DNA of 64,000 bases from Bacteroidota bacterium (GTDB taxonomy: Bacteria > Bacteroidota > Bacteroidia > AKYH767-A > 2013-40CM-41-45). The stretch covers positions 5,413 to 69,412 of the forward strand of contig JANOVM010000039.1 of NCBI GenBank assembly GCA_031417395.1, in the 5' to 3' direction. The notes below the pieces were generated by a model. That model saw only the letters and a program-made list of their open reading frames with translations. It was not told where the DNA came from and did no database searches. The number at the start of each line of letters is the position of its first letter. The stretch's first letter is position 1. Of the stretch, positions 49,307-59,169 are shown one piece after another. The position numbers were made by a program, and so were the translations under genes.

Positions 49307-49993
49307 TTATATTGATTTTGAAATTACAATTTTAGCATCCTCTTTCAGTTTTCCGAATAGTTCTTCTTCCATAGTATGAAATTCATTTTTATGGAAAGAT
49401 TTTATGAATCTTCCATTTTCTAAAAACATAATTTCATCGCAAATGTGAAATAGGGGATCGACAATATGAGAGGAAATGAAAATAGTTTTTCCTTTGTCGC
49501 GCAAAGCCAGTATAATTATCTCCAGAACTTTATTCGTTTCAAGGTCAAGACCGTTAAAGGGTTCGTCGAAAAGATAAACCGGACGGTCTTGCTTTAATAC
49601 AGCAAGTAAAGCCAACTTCTTTTTCATTCCACTCGAATAGGTTTCAATGAGACTATCAAGAGGAAGTTTCATGTACTCCTGCAAAATGGGAAGGTTAAAG
49701 CCATCATTGCTTTGATGAAAAATTTTCAGGTACTCATTGCCTGTAATGCCTGAATAGAAAAAATTATTTGTTTCCAGATAGCCTGAAGTTGCATTCGATA
49801 TTTTTTCGTCGTTAAGTGTAATATCACCGGAGTCCGGTTTAATTCCGCAGGACAAGGTATTGAAGAAAGTTGTTTTACCCGCTCCATTAAATCCGACAAT
49901 TCCATACAATTTTCCGATGGTGAAATCAACATTGATCTTATCCAATACTATCTTTTTGCCAAAACTTACTGAAACATTATTGATTTTAATCAT
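49307..49993 (-). CDS. ABC transporter ATP-binding protein
   Basis: Walker A 'GFNGAGKTT', degenerate signature 'SSGMKKKLALL', Walker B 'VYLFDEP', H-loop 'ISSH'. Confidence 0.85.
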   Translation of the reverse strand: MIKINNVSVSFGKKIVLDKINVDFTIGKLYGIVGFNGAGKTTFFNTLSCGIKPDSGDITLNDEKISNATSGYLETNNFFYSGITGNEYLKIFHQSNDGFNLPILQEYMKLPLDSLIETYSSGMKKKLALLAVLKQDRPVYLFDEPFNGLDLETNKVLEIIILALRDKGKTIFISSHIVDPLFHICDEIMFLENGRFIKSFHKNEFHTMEEELFGKLKEDAKIVISKSI

Positions 49994-50924
49994 TGAGGTA
50001 ATTTAAAAGATTTGATTTTGCTTTACTGTAATAATAGATTGTCATCAACAATGGAATGGGTAACAGGAAGGGTAAAATTGAACCAAGTGTAACAAGGGAT
50101 GCCATTATGTTATTTGCCGAAGAATTCTGCAAAGGTCTGTAGGTGCCGTATTTCATGCTGATGGCAAACCATAATAACACTAATTGCATGAGCAGAAAAA
50201 GAGGAATAAGGACGTAATATTCAGGATTAAAAATAAAGTTAATAATTGCAATGGGCAGATAAATTAATAAGAGATGTTTGGAATGCTGAATGAATTTATT
50301 TCTTAGAAATAGTTTAACGTTTTGTCCGCCTTCTTTAAGAATATTGACAGGTTCACATTCACTGTAAAACGAAATTATTGAAACGGTGATCAACCAGCAC
50401 AATACCAAAGGAAGAATTCTAAACCAACTTAGCGAAAGTGCTGTAATGTAAAGCGGAAACAAAATAAAATATGATTTTCTAATGCCACTAATCCATTCAA
50501 AATTTGAAGCGGGTACAAGACGTGATAAATTTTTTAAATGAGTCTGCTTTTTTAAAGAATAAGTAATATAGGGTAGACATAATAATAAACATAAGAATGC
50601 AGGGTAAAAGTACCGGACATCAGTAAAAAGTGCAGTAAAGCTGAAGGGAAGTGTCAGCAAGGCATATTCTAAAAATATTTCCTTCCGGAAATTTCTTACA
50701 TGTAGGAATAGAAAAAATTTATCTTTTCTGCTTAGCTGAATTGAGAAACATAAAAGAAAAAGTATTGCAAGCAGATGAATTGAATAAATCCCCATTGAAT
50801 AGACTCTGTAAGACACATAGCTGAGATAAATTATAGTGCCTAAAATCAAGGGTAGATAAATGCCAAGTCCTTTGAGGATTCTTAATATTTGGCGGTAACG
50901 GATGTATAGTAAGACAGATTTCAT
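49986..50924 (-). CDS. Polytopic membrane protein, putative permease partner of the ABC ATPase (8-nt overlap, translationally coupled)
   Basis: 312 aa with ≥8 hydrophobic segments and no recognisable family motif. Confidence 0.5.
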   Translation of the reverse strand: MKSVLLYIRYRQILRILKGLGIYLPLILGTIIYLSYVSYRVYSMGIYSIHLLAILFLLCFSIQLSRKDKFFLFLHVRNFRKEIFLEYALLTLPFSFTALFTDVRYFYPAFLCLLLCLPYITYSLKKQTHLKNLSRLVPASNFEWISGIRKSYFILFPLYITALSLSWFRILPLVLCWLITVSIISFYSECEPVNILKEGGQNVKLFLRNKFIQHSKHLLLIYLPIAIINFIFNPEYYVLIPLFLLMQLVLLWFAISMKYGTYRPLQNSSANNIMASLVTLGSILPFLLPIPLLMTIYYYSKAKSNLLNYLND

Positions 50925-51311
50925 TCAGGGAAATAATATCAATGTATCCTTTGTTGTTCTTAGAGGTTTTGTGTTTTAATATTTTATGTCTGGTTTTTAA
51001 CACGGAGTACACTAAGGGCACTAAGATTCACAGAGAAAGGAGTAAGGTAGGAATTGGTGTTATTTCTTTGATAACGCAGGCGTTTTGTTAATTACATTTT
51101 CATATATGCTAATCCACTTTTCAGGCGTTATTTCTTTTGATTGCATATTATAAGGTATGTAATTATTGATAAATGGAATTAAGAAGAGGCTAATATAAGA
51201 ATATAACGATTTAATGCTTAGCCATTTCCATCGATTTTTTTGGGACGGCAATGAACAATTAATATGGATAAACTCCGGTGGCAAACAAGCGTATATTCCA
51301 AACAAAAACCT

Positions 51312-51319
51312 TAAATTTG
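51312..51319 (+). promoter_or_regulatory. Candidate Bacteroidota σA −7 box (TAnnTTTG) upstream of nuoA
   Basis: 'TAAATTTG' lies 18 nt upstream of the nuoA ATG and matches the established Bacteroidetes −7 consensus TAnnTTTG. No clear −33 TTTG was found at the proper spacing. Confidence 0.25.
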
Positions 51320-51336
51320 ACCTATTATTAAATACT

Positions 51337-51702
51337 ATGAGTAATCAGACTATTGAATACCTTCCAATCCTAATACAATTCCTTGTAGCTCTGGGGTTTG
51401 TAGCAACTACTATGGTTGCAACACACTATCTGGGTCCAAGGAGAAAATCTAAAATAAAGCTGGACGTATTTGAGTGTGGTATTGAAGCGCAGGGAAATGC
51501 CCGTATTCCATTTTCCATTAAATATTTCCTCGTTGCTATTTTATTTGTATTGTTCGATGTTGAAGTAATATTTATGTATCCGTGGGCTGTGAACTTTAAG
51601 GAATTGGGAGTACAGGGTTTGTTAGAAATGTTATTCTTTATGGCCTTATTACTGATAGGCTTTTTTTATATCATGAAAAAAGGTGCACTTAAATGGGAAT
51701 AG
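51337..51702 (+). CDS. nuoA: NADH-quinone oxidoreductase subunit A (the ORF track begins at 51214; the Met at 51337 fits NuoA length)
   Basis: 'YLPILIQFLVALGF…FECG…IPFSIKYFLVAILFVLFDVEVIFMYPWAV' is canonical NuoA/ND3. Confidence 0.85.
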   Translation: MSNQTIEYLPILIQFLVALGFVATTMVATHYLGPRRKSKIKLDVFECGIEAQGNARIPFSIKYFLVAILFVLFDVEVIFMYPWAVNFKELGVQGLLEMLFFMALLLIGFFYIMKKGALKWE

Positions 51703-51717
51703 GCCTAAATAATTGAA

Positions 51718-52281
51718 ATGAAAGAAATATTAAAATCATCTGAAGGTACAACAGTCGTTCAATCGCCTCCGGGCTATGAAGGTCCGGGTTTTTTTGCAAC
51801 GTCACTGGATAAAGCTGTTGGTCTGGCAAGAAAAAATTCAATCTGGCCTTTACCGTTTGCAACGTCCTGTTGTGGTATTGAATTCATGGCAACCATGGCT
51901 TCCACTTACGACTTTGCGCGTTTTGGTGCTGAACGTTTAAGTTTTTCACCACGTCAAGCGGATCTATTAATGGTCATGGGAACCATAGCAAAAAAAATGG
52001 GCCCCGTTCTTCGTCAGGTGTATGAGCAAATGGCAGAACCGCGTTGGGTATTATCTGTTGGTGCATGCGCTTCAAGCGGAGGAATCTTTGACTCATATTC
52101 CGTTTTACAAGGCATAGATCATATCATTCCTGTTGATGTTTACGTTCCCGGTTGTCCGCCGAGACCCGAACAAATTCTCGACGGCATCTTAAACATTCAG
52201 AAATTAATACATAGTGAGTCACTCCGCAGAAGAAATTCTCCGGAATACAAAGCATTACTCTCTTCTTACGGAATGGAATAA
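51718..52281 (+). CDS. nuoB: NADH-quinone oxidoreductase subunit B
   Basis: 'CCGIEFMA', '[11 protein letters not shown]', 'VPGCPPRPE' N2 Fe-S cluster ligands. Confidence 0.9.
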   Translation: MKEILKSSEGTTVVQSPPGYEGPGFFATSLDKAVGLARKNSIWPLPFATSCCGIEFMATMASTYDFARFGAERLSFSPRQADLLMVMGTIAKKMGPVLRQVYEQMAEPRWVLSVGACASSGGIFDSYSVLQGIDHIIPVDVYVPGCPPRPEQILDGILNIQKLIHSESLRRRNSPEYKALLSSYGME

Positions 52282-52301
52282 TTATTTATCCAATTATCTG
52301 A

Positions 52302-52832
52302 ATGAGCAAACCGGAAATAACACAAATTGCAGAAGCGCTGAATGAAAAATTCGGAGAAGCCATCCTTTCTCAGGAACAGGCGTATGATTTTCCTGTATTT
52401 GTAGTGGACAAAAAAGAGCTTCTGAATATCATGCGTTTTCTGTATGACGACGACAGATTTCAATTTCGATTCTTAACTACTCTTTGCGGAATTCATTTCC
52501 CCGATAAAGAAAAACCTTTTGCACTGATGGTGCAGTTGCATAGCCTGGTATATAATGTCAGGATACGATTCAAAGCATTCAGTAAAGCAGATGATTTACA
52601 TTTCCCATCACTGACACCGGTTTTTTCAGCAGCGAATTGGATGGAAAGAGAAGCTTTCGATTTCTATGGGTTTCTTTTTGACGGTCATCCTAACCTGAAG
52701 AGAATTTTGAATGTTGATGACATGGATTATTTTCCACTGCGGAAAGAATATCCTGTAGAAGATCTTACACGTACCGATAAAGACGATACCATGTTTGGCC
52801 GTAAACCTGCCGGTTTTAAAAAACTAAATTGA
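52302..52832 (+). CDS. nuoC: NADH-quinone oxidoreductase subunit C (30-kDa subunit, not fused to D)
   Basis: '…WMEREAFDFYGFLFDGHPNLKRIL' is a NuoC hallmark block. Confidence 0.85.
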   Translation: MSKPEITQIAEALNEKFGEAILSQEQAYDFPVFVVDKKELLNIMRFLYDDDRFQFRFLTTLCGIHFPDKEKPFALMVQLHSLVYNVRIRFKAFSKADDLHFPSLTPVFSAANWMEREAFDFYGFLFDGHPNLKRILNVDDMDYFPLRKEYPVEDLTRTDKDDTMFGRKPAGFKKLN

Positions 52833-52844
52833 TTGAAAAGATAA

Positions 52845-54059
52845 ATGGAATTAACCACGGAAAAAGCACAGCAGGAACAAAAGAAACAGTACACAACACT
52901 GAATCTCGGCCCGACGCATCCGGCAACCCATGGAATTTTTCAGAATGTACTTACGATGGATGGCGAAATCATCATCGATGCCGTTTCAACAATCGGTTAC
53001 ATTCATAGAGCTTTTGAAAAAATTGCAGAGCATAAGCCGTTCTATCAGGTTACGCCGCTTACTGACAGATTGAATTACTGCTCATCGCCCATCAATAACC
53101 TTGGGTGGTTTATGACTGTTGAGAAACTCATTAAAGCGGAATTGCCGAAACGTGTAGAATACATGCGTGTCATTATCATGGAACTTTCACGCCTCTCTGA
53201 TCACATTATTTGCAACAGTGTAATTGGTGTTGATACCGGTGCCATGACAGTCTTCCTTTATATTTTTCAATGGAGAGAAAAAATTTATGAAATGTTCGAA
53301 GAAATCTGCGGTGCGCGCCTTACAACAAACATTGGCCGCATTGGAGGATTTGAAAGAGATTTCAGCGAGGTTTTCTGGAGAAAGTTAGATACGTTTTTAA
53401 AAGATTTCCCTGCAGGACTCAAAGAATTTGAAAAACTGCTTGTACGAAATAAAATATTCATGGACCGCACCATTGGCTGCGGACCCATTTCAGCTGAAAG
53501 GGCATTGAATTATAGTTTCACCGGTCCTAATCTTAGAGCTGCCGGTGTAGATTATGATGTGCGCGTTATGAATCCATATTCTTCTTATCAGGAATTCGAA
53601 TTTGATATCCCTCTTGGAACAAACGGTGATACCTACGATCGCTTTATGGTTCGTCAGGAAGAAATGTGGCAGAGTCTTAGGATTATTCATCAGGCACTTG
53701 ATAAGTTAAAGAAACTCGACGATAAAAAATCATTTCACGCCGACATTCCATCTTTTTATCTTCCTCCAAAAGAAGAAGTGTATAATAATATGGAAGCGCT
53801 CATCTATCATTTTAAAGTGGTCATGGGTGAATCGGATGTTCCTGCCGGTGAAGTATATCATTGTGTTGAAGGCGGCAATGGTGAATTGGGATTTTATCTC
53901 ATTAGCGACGGCGGACGACAACCGTTCCGACTGCACTTCAGAAGGCCTTGCTTTATTTATTATCAGGCTTATCCTGAAATGATACGAGGCGCATTCCTGA
54001 GTGATGCCATTCTTACAATGAGTTCTATGAATGTTATTGCAGGAGAACTGGATGCTTAA
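52845..54059 (+). CDS. nuoD: NADH-quinone oxidoreductase subunit D (49-kDa)
   Basis: 'LNLGPTHPATHGIF', 'RLNYCSSP', 'EGGNGELGFYLISDG' NuoD blocks. Confidence 0.9.
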   Translation: MELTTEKAQQEQKKQYTTLNLGPTHPATHGIFQNVLTMDGEIIIDAVSTIGYIHRAFEKIAEHKPFYQVTPLTDRLNYCSSPINNLGWFMTVEKLIKAELPKRVEYMRVIIMELSRLSDHIICNSVIGVDTGAMTVFLYIFQWREKIYEMFEEICGARLTTNIGRIGGFERDFSEVFWRKLDTFLKDFPAGLKEFEKLLVRNKIFMDRTIGCGPISAERALNYSFTGPNLRAAGVDYDVRVMNPYSSYQEFEFDIPLGTNGDTYDRFMVRQEEMWQSLRIIHQALDKLKKLDDKKSFHADIPSFYLPPKEEVYNNMEALIYHFKVVMGESDVPAGEVYHCVEGGNGELGFYLISDGGRQPFRLHFRRPCFIYYQAYPEMIRGAFLSDAILTMSSMNVIAGELDA

Positions 54060-54110
54060 TATTTACCTTTAGCTTTTCTTGCTAAAGAGTATAAATGAAA
54101 TATTAATAGT

Positions 54111-54665
54111 TTGAATTCTACTATGAGTACGAAAGACATAAAATTTTCCGATTCGTCGATGGATTATGTGCAGCGGCTGATTAAACGTTACCCGGAAGGG
54201 AAACATAAGTCGGCGCTCATTCCCATTTTACATGTTGCTCAGGCCGAATTTGACGGTTGGCTTAGTTCTGATGTTATGGATTATGTCGCTTCCATTTTGA
54301 AAATTCAGTCTGTGGAAGTATATGAAGTCGCTTCATTCTATTCTATGTTTAATCTCAAGCCTGTAGGCAAATGTCACATAGAAGTATGCAGAACGAGTTC
54401 TTGTTGGCTTCGTGGCGCTGAAGATATTATTCAGCATCTCGAAAACAGATTGAAAATTAAAGTTGGGGAAACTACTCCTGACGGAATGTTTACGTTAAAA
54501 ACTGTTGAATGCCTCGGATCCTGCGGTACAGCGCCTATGATGCAGGTCGGCACAGACTTTTTTGAAAATCTTACGAAAGAAAAAACCGATAGTCTGTTGC
54601 AGCGTTTCAGCAAAGAGAACAAACGGAGAACATATTGCGATCAACCTGAAACACGGACAAACTAA
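54111..54665 (+). CDS. nuoE: NADH-quinone oxidoreductase subunit E (24-kDa, 2Fe-2S)
   Basis: 'CRTSSCWLRGAEDI…VECLGSCGTAPMMQV' Cys ligands. Confidence 0.9.
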   Translation: MNSTMSTKDIKFSDSSMDYVQRLIKRYPEGKHKSALIPILHVAQAEFDGWLSSDVMDYVASILKIQSVEVYEVASFYSMFNLKPVGKCHIEVCRTSSCWLRGAEDIIQHLENRLKIKVGETTPDGMFTLKTVECLGSCGTAPMMQVGTDFFENLTKEKTDSLLQRFSKENKRRTYCDQPETRTN

Positions 54666-55987
54666 TGGGAAAAAAACTTTTACTTCAATACGATCACATT
54701 CCCGGTATTCAATCATACGATGTTTACAGGAAAAATAATGGCTATGCTTCTGTTGAAAAAGCGATTAAGACCATGGCGCCGGATGCTGTCACTGAAGAGG
54801 TGAAGAAGAGCGGACTTCGCGGACGTGGAGGAGCTGGCTTTCCGACAGGAATGAAGTGGGGATTTCTTGCAAAACCTCCCGGAGTGGCCCGTTACCTCGT
54901 CTGCAATGCAGATGAATCGGAACCCGGTACATTCAAAGATCGCTATTTAATGGAGCGCCTTCCGCATCTTCTTATTGAAGGAATGATTACATCGAGTTAT
55001 GCTTTGGGCGCGAATACATCCTTCATTTATATACGCGGTGAATATTTTTACATCACACATATCCTGAACAAAGCCATTGACGAAGCGTATCAAAATGGCT
55101 GGTTGGGAAAAAATATATTAGGCACAGATTATTCACTCGACCTTTACGTTCACGTTGGAGCTGGTGCATACATCTGCGGTGAAGAAACTGCTTTGCTTGA
55201 ATCACTGGAAGGTAAGCGCGGCAATCCACGAATCAAACCACCTTTCCCGGCTATTGCGGGATTGTATGGTTGTCCGACAGTTGTAAATAATGTAGAGACG
55301 ATTACAGCAGTTGTTCCAATCATTAACGATGGCGGTGAAGCCTATGCTAAAATCGGAATAGGAAAAAGCACAGGCACAAAATTAATTTCCGCAAGCGGAC
55401 ATATCAACAAGCCCGGTGTTTACGAAATTGAAATGGGTGTTCCCGTAGAAGAGTTTATATACAGCGAGGAATATTGCGGAGGAATATGGAATGGTAAAAA
55501 ACTAAAAGCAGTTGTTGCCGGTGGTTCTTCCGTTCCGATTTTACCGGCTGAATTAATATTAAGAACAGTCAATGGCGAACCGCGATTGATGTCATATGAA
55601 TCCCTAGCTGATGGCGGCTTTGCAACAGGCACCATGCTTGGATCGGGAGGCTTCATTGTTATGGATGAAACAACAAGTATTGTAAAGAATCTCTGGAACT
55701 TTACCCGCTTCTATCACCACGAAAGCTGTGGACAATGCTCACCCTGTCGAGAAGGAACGGGATGGATGGAGAAAATTCTTCACCGTTTGCTTGAAGGTCA
55801 TGGAAAAATGAGTGATGTTGATTTGCTTTGGGATATTCAATCCAAAATAGAAGGCAAGACTATTTGCCCGCTGGGTGATGCTGCTGCTTGGCCGGTGGCT
55901 AGTGCAATACGGCATTTTAGGTCGGAGTTTGAAGCGATGGTGGAACATATTGAACCTGTTCAGAAGACCAGTAAAATTGTTGCTTAA
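54665..55987 (+). CDS. nuoF: NADH-quinone oxidoreductase subunit F (51-kDa, FMN/NADH-binding, 4Fe-4S)
   Basis: 'GLRGRGGAGFPTGMKW', 'ESCGQCSPCREG' motifs. Start overlaps the nuoE stop (taATG). Confidence 0.9.
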   Translation: MGKKLLLQYDHIPGIQSYDVYRKNNGYASVEKAIKTMAPDAVTEEVKKSGLRGRGGAGFPTGMKWGFLAKPPGVARYLVCNADESEPGTFKDRYLMERLPHLLIEGMITSSYALGANTSFIYIRGEYFYITHILNKAIDEAYQNGWLGKNILGTDYSLDLYVHVGAGAYICGEETALLESLEGKRGNPRIKPPFPAIAGLYGCPTVVNNVETITAVVPIINDGGEAYAKIGIGKSTGTKLISASGHINKPGVYEIEMGVPVEEFIYSEEYCGGIWNGKKLKAVVAGGSSVPILPAELILRTVNGEPRLMSYESLADGGFATGTMLGSGGFIVMDETTSIVKNLWNFTRFYHHESCGQCSPCREGTGWMEKILHRLLEGHGKMSDVDLLWDIQSKIEGKTICPLGDAAAWPVASAIRHFRSEFEAMVEHIEPVQKTSKIVA

Positions 55988-56146
55988 TAGGATGGAAGTG
56001 CAATTTTTGATTTACTGATTTTTGAAATTTCAAATCCTGCCTAATTCACTAATGAATGGTAGTTTTACGTTGATTTATTTTTATCTTTGATATTAGCTAA
56101 TTGTAGTACTTACTCTCTGGCAAGTTTCTGTTCTTTTAAATTTTAA

Positions 56147-57511
56147 TTGAAAAAAATGAAATATTTTATTCTTGCTTTTTTATTTTATTTGTCAGTATTT
56201 ACGGTTACCGCTCGTACCCAAAGTGGAAGAATAGAAGCGCAATATGAATCAGGGATTTCTACTTATTTGGTTCGGATAACGACGTATTCAAAAACATCCT
56301 CTTTTAATTCAGACAGGCCAAAACTCGACAGTGTGCATCTTGGTTATAATAATGTTGTTATATCGGTAAGTCGAATTTCAAAGATTAATATTCCCGGTGA
56401 TGTAAGTATAAATATATATGAGTTTGTACATATTTTTCCCGGGCCGGGGAGTTATTTAATTCACTTTTCAGACCCTAATTCAAATACTTTTGTAAATATT
56501 CCGAATTCATCATCAACTATTTTTTATTTAGAAACAGAGTTGGTAATTCCCATGGGCAATTGTATTGCCAACACTCCTCAAATTTTCATGGATCCTTTTT
56601 TTGTATTTCCGAGTAATAGGAATGTAAATATTGCAAGAACAGCTTTTGATTTTGAAAGGGACAGTCTTGCATACTCAGTTGTTCCCTGTAAAATTGATCC
56701 TATTAATACTATTTTGGGCTATTATCTTCCTGTAGGCGTAAGCATAAACTCTGTTACAGGAGAATTCAAATGGAATGGAAATAGTATTGCAGATACAGGA
56801 GAATTTCTTTTTGCTGTAAAAATTGAAAAATGGAGAAGAGCACCGGCTTCTGTAATGATTCCTTTAGGTTATGTTATGGAAGAATTTTCTTTAAACATAA
56901 AACCAAATTTATCAACAAATTTTAATTTTGATACGTCAGGCTATCCTGTTAATGCGGGAGGTTATTTTTCTTCAACAGTATTGCCTGATTCTGTTTTTAA
57001 TCTTCACGTAGAATTTAATGATTCAAGTATTAGCCCAACTCTTAGATATATTTCTAACATGATTGACTCTTCAACATGGACAACACAAACCACCGGTAAC
57101 TTAGTTACTGCCGATTTTTCCTGGACACCATCTGTAGCGAACATTTCCCGTCAACCATATTCTTTAATTGTCAGAGGTCAAGCCGAAGGAATAGATCTTG
57201 TTTATTTAGTTTATGTTGAAGGCGTTTATTCCGATTCTTGCATGGCAACTATTGGCATCAATGAAATTTCGGATGAACCAAATATTTTAATATACCCGAA
57301 TCCTTCATCCGGAAATATACAAATTAGCCTAAGTGATACACAGGAGAAATTCTCATTTTGCATTTTCGATATGAAAGGTCAAATTATTTATTCGGCCGAT
57401 AAGGTGCAAGGTCCCTTTTTTATACCCATAGATAAACTAGCTTCCGGAATGTTTATGGTTAGAATTGAAAACAAAAAATCAGTTTATAATAAAAAGTTAG
57501 TTGTTTATTAA
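56147..57511 (+). CDS. Secreted protein with a T9SS type-A CTD, third member of the paralogous N-domain family
   Basis: 'TYLVRITTYSKTSSFNSDRPKLDSVHLG' is nearly identical in pattern to the 35230 gene's 'TYRVTITTFTKTSSFNADRPKLDSVYWG'. C-terminus 'LIYPNPSSGNIQISL…GMFMVRIEN'. Confidence 0.7.
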   Translation: MKKMKYFILAFLFYLSVFTVTARTQSGRIEAQYESGISTYLVRITTYSKTSSFNSDRPKLDSVHLGYNNVVISVSRISKINIPGDVSINIYEFVHIFPGPGSYLIHFSDPNSNTFVNIPNSSSTIFYLETELVIPMGNCIANTPQIFMDPFFVFPSNRNVNIARTAFDFERDSLAYSVVPCKIDPINTILGYYLPVGVSINSVTGEFKWNGNSIADTGEFLFAVKIEKWRRAPASVMIPLGYVMEEFSLNIKPNLSTNFNFDTSGYPVNAGGYFSSTVLPDSVFNLHVEFNDSSISPTLRYISNMIDSSTWTTQTTGNLVTADFSWTPSVANISRQPYSLIVRGQAEGIDLVYLVYVEGVYSDSCMATIGINEISDEPNILIYPNPSSGNIQISLSDTQEKFSFCIFDMKGQIIYSADKVQGPFFIPIDKLASGMFMVRIENKKSVYNKKLVVY

Positions 57512-57549
57512 TATTTGTTATTTATTTATTTTATTAATTAACTATTCAG

Positions 57550-58752
57550 ATGAAACCAAACAATGAAACGTTTTTCTCGTTTTTATTAATAACATGGATT
57601 ACTTTTTTTTCATCCATGAATGTTTGTAATGCAAATAATAATATATGTTCAGGTATATATACCGGGGAGGATAGCTTTGGTACTCTAGTTGATTTATCAC
57701 AAAATTCTTACAGTTATTACCCAAGTGAAAGTTGTACTACTTTATTAATTCCTCCATGTGCAATTACAATCACTCTTGTTTTTAGCCAATTTCGAACTGA
57801 GGCAAATCATGATTCAATTACCATTTATGATGGAACGAATACTTCCGGAACAGTACTTCTTCATGCTTCAGGAACAATACTTCCTCCGCCAATTACTGCT
57901 ACTAGCGGAGCCATGTTAATAATTTGGACTACAGATAGCTTAGTATCGGATTCCGGATATACTGCAAACTGGACTATAACAAGTTCTTCAGTACTAGTCC
58001 ATAATTCCTGTTACCCCTATGCAGATGAAGCTTGTTGCGGAATTGGTATTTCTAACTTTAGGATTAACCAACACGGTTTATCGTCTGTTGGAATTGATAA
58101 TACATCAGACGTAAATCGATACGCCGACTTTTCATGCTCTGATTCAATGACTATCTTTACTAATACCCTCTATGATTATAGTGTAACAATGGGTTTTGGT
58201 TATACGCAAAATGTTAAAGCGTGGATTGACTTAAATAACGATGGTGTTTTTGATCCTGTATCAGAACGATTCATAAATGATTCTGCAATTTTGACCAATG
58301 CATATGGTAGTTTTATGATCGATTCTCTATCATTGCCTTCCGGAGTTTACGGACAACCTTTGCGCCTTAGGATTATGTCAGACTTTTCCGGCAATCCTCC
58401 GCCTGCTCCTTGTGCAAATCTTATATATGGAGATGTAGAAGATTATGCTATATACTTAGATAAACCGGTAGGAATAAATTATGTAAATTATCAAACAGAT
58501 TTCCCATTTAAAATTTTTACAAACTTAGACGATAAATGCATTCATATAGAATACACACTTGATAAAAATTCAAACGTGCAATTGAAAATAGTATCAGTCT
58601 TAGCTAACGATTGTAAGGTTTTTGAAACTAATTCAATTCAAAATTCAGGTAAATACAACTATGAAGTCCATGATTTAGCGGCAGGTGTTTATGTAGTTAA
58701 TTTAATTGTATCTGATAGGGTCTTTCAAAAAAAGGTTTTATTGTTGAATTAG
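57550..58752 (+). CDS. Secreted protein with a CUB-like domain, a GEVED domain and a probable T9SS type-A CTD
   Basis: 'HDSITIYDGTNTSGTVLL…ANWTI' is CUB-like. 'PCANLIYGDVEDYAIYL' matches the GEVED motif. The C-terminal ~80 aa is a β-sandwich 'GVYVVNLIVSD'. Confidence 0.55.
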   Translation: MKPNNETFFSFLLITWITFFSSMNVCNANNNICSGIYTGEDSFGTLVDLSQNSYSYYPSESCTTLLIPPCAITITLVFSQFRTEANHDSITIYDGTNTSGTVLLHASGTILPPPITATSGAMLIIWTTDSLVSDSGYTANWTITSSSVLVHNSCYPYADEACCGIGISNFRINQHGLSSVGIDNTSDVNRYADFSCSDSMTIFTNTLYDYSVTMGFGYTQNVKAWIDLNNDGVFDPVSERFINDSAILTNAYGSFMIDSLSLPSGVYGQPLRLRIMSDFSGNPPPAPCANLIYGDVEDYAIYLDKPVGINYVNYQTDFPFKIFTNLDDKCIHIEYTLDKNSNVQLKIVSVLANDCKVFETNSIQNSGKYNYEVHDLAAGVYVVNLIVSDRVFQKKVLLLN

Positions 58753-59169
58753 TTTAATGAAATTACTTTTGTATGAATTTTATGCAGTGTGTGAGTTTGA
58801 ATAATAGACAACCAACTCCTACTTCAATAAAATAACCCTCATTTAAGCAGTTGTAATTACCTTTGAAAATAAAGTCATTCGTTTATTTATTCTGCTGTCC
58901 GCCCACCGGCGGATATTCATGCAAGAGGGGAAATCATGGGGTCTCCTGCATGGCGTCAGCCTTTTTTTTTAATCTATTATCCTTTTTGTATACTAATAAT
59001 GCAGCGTGAGTATATCATGGGCTCAACGATTTTTGATTTGACCCCCGGGGCAAAATATGCCTTCGTTACAGCGTTAATATGTTTATCCATAATATTAGAA
59101 AAATTTTCAGATCCTGTTTCCTTTTGAATATGACCTAGAAAAATTCTCCAAAATCAAACGCTGTAAATT

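Noticed and set aside
58936-59127. 63-aa ORF in the convergent intergenic region
   Set aside because: It has no recognisable features and overlaps the hairpin/T-run structure. It is more likely non-coding.
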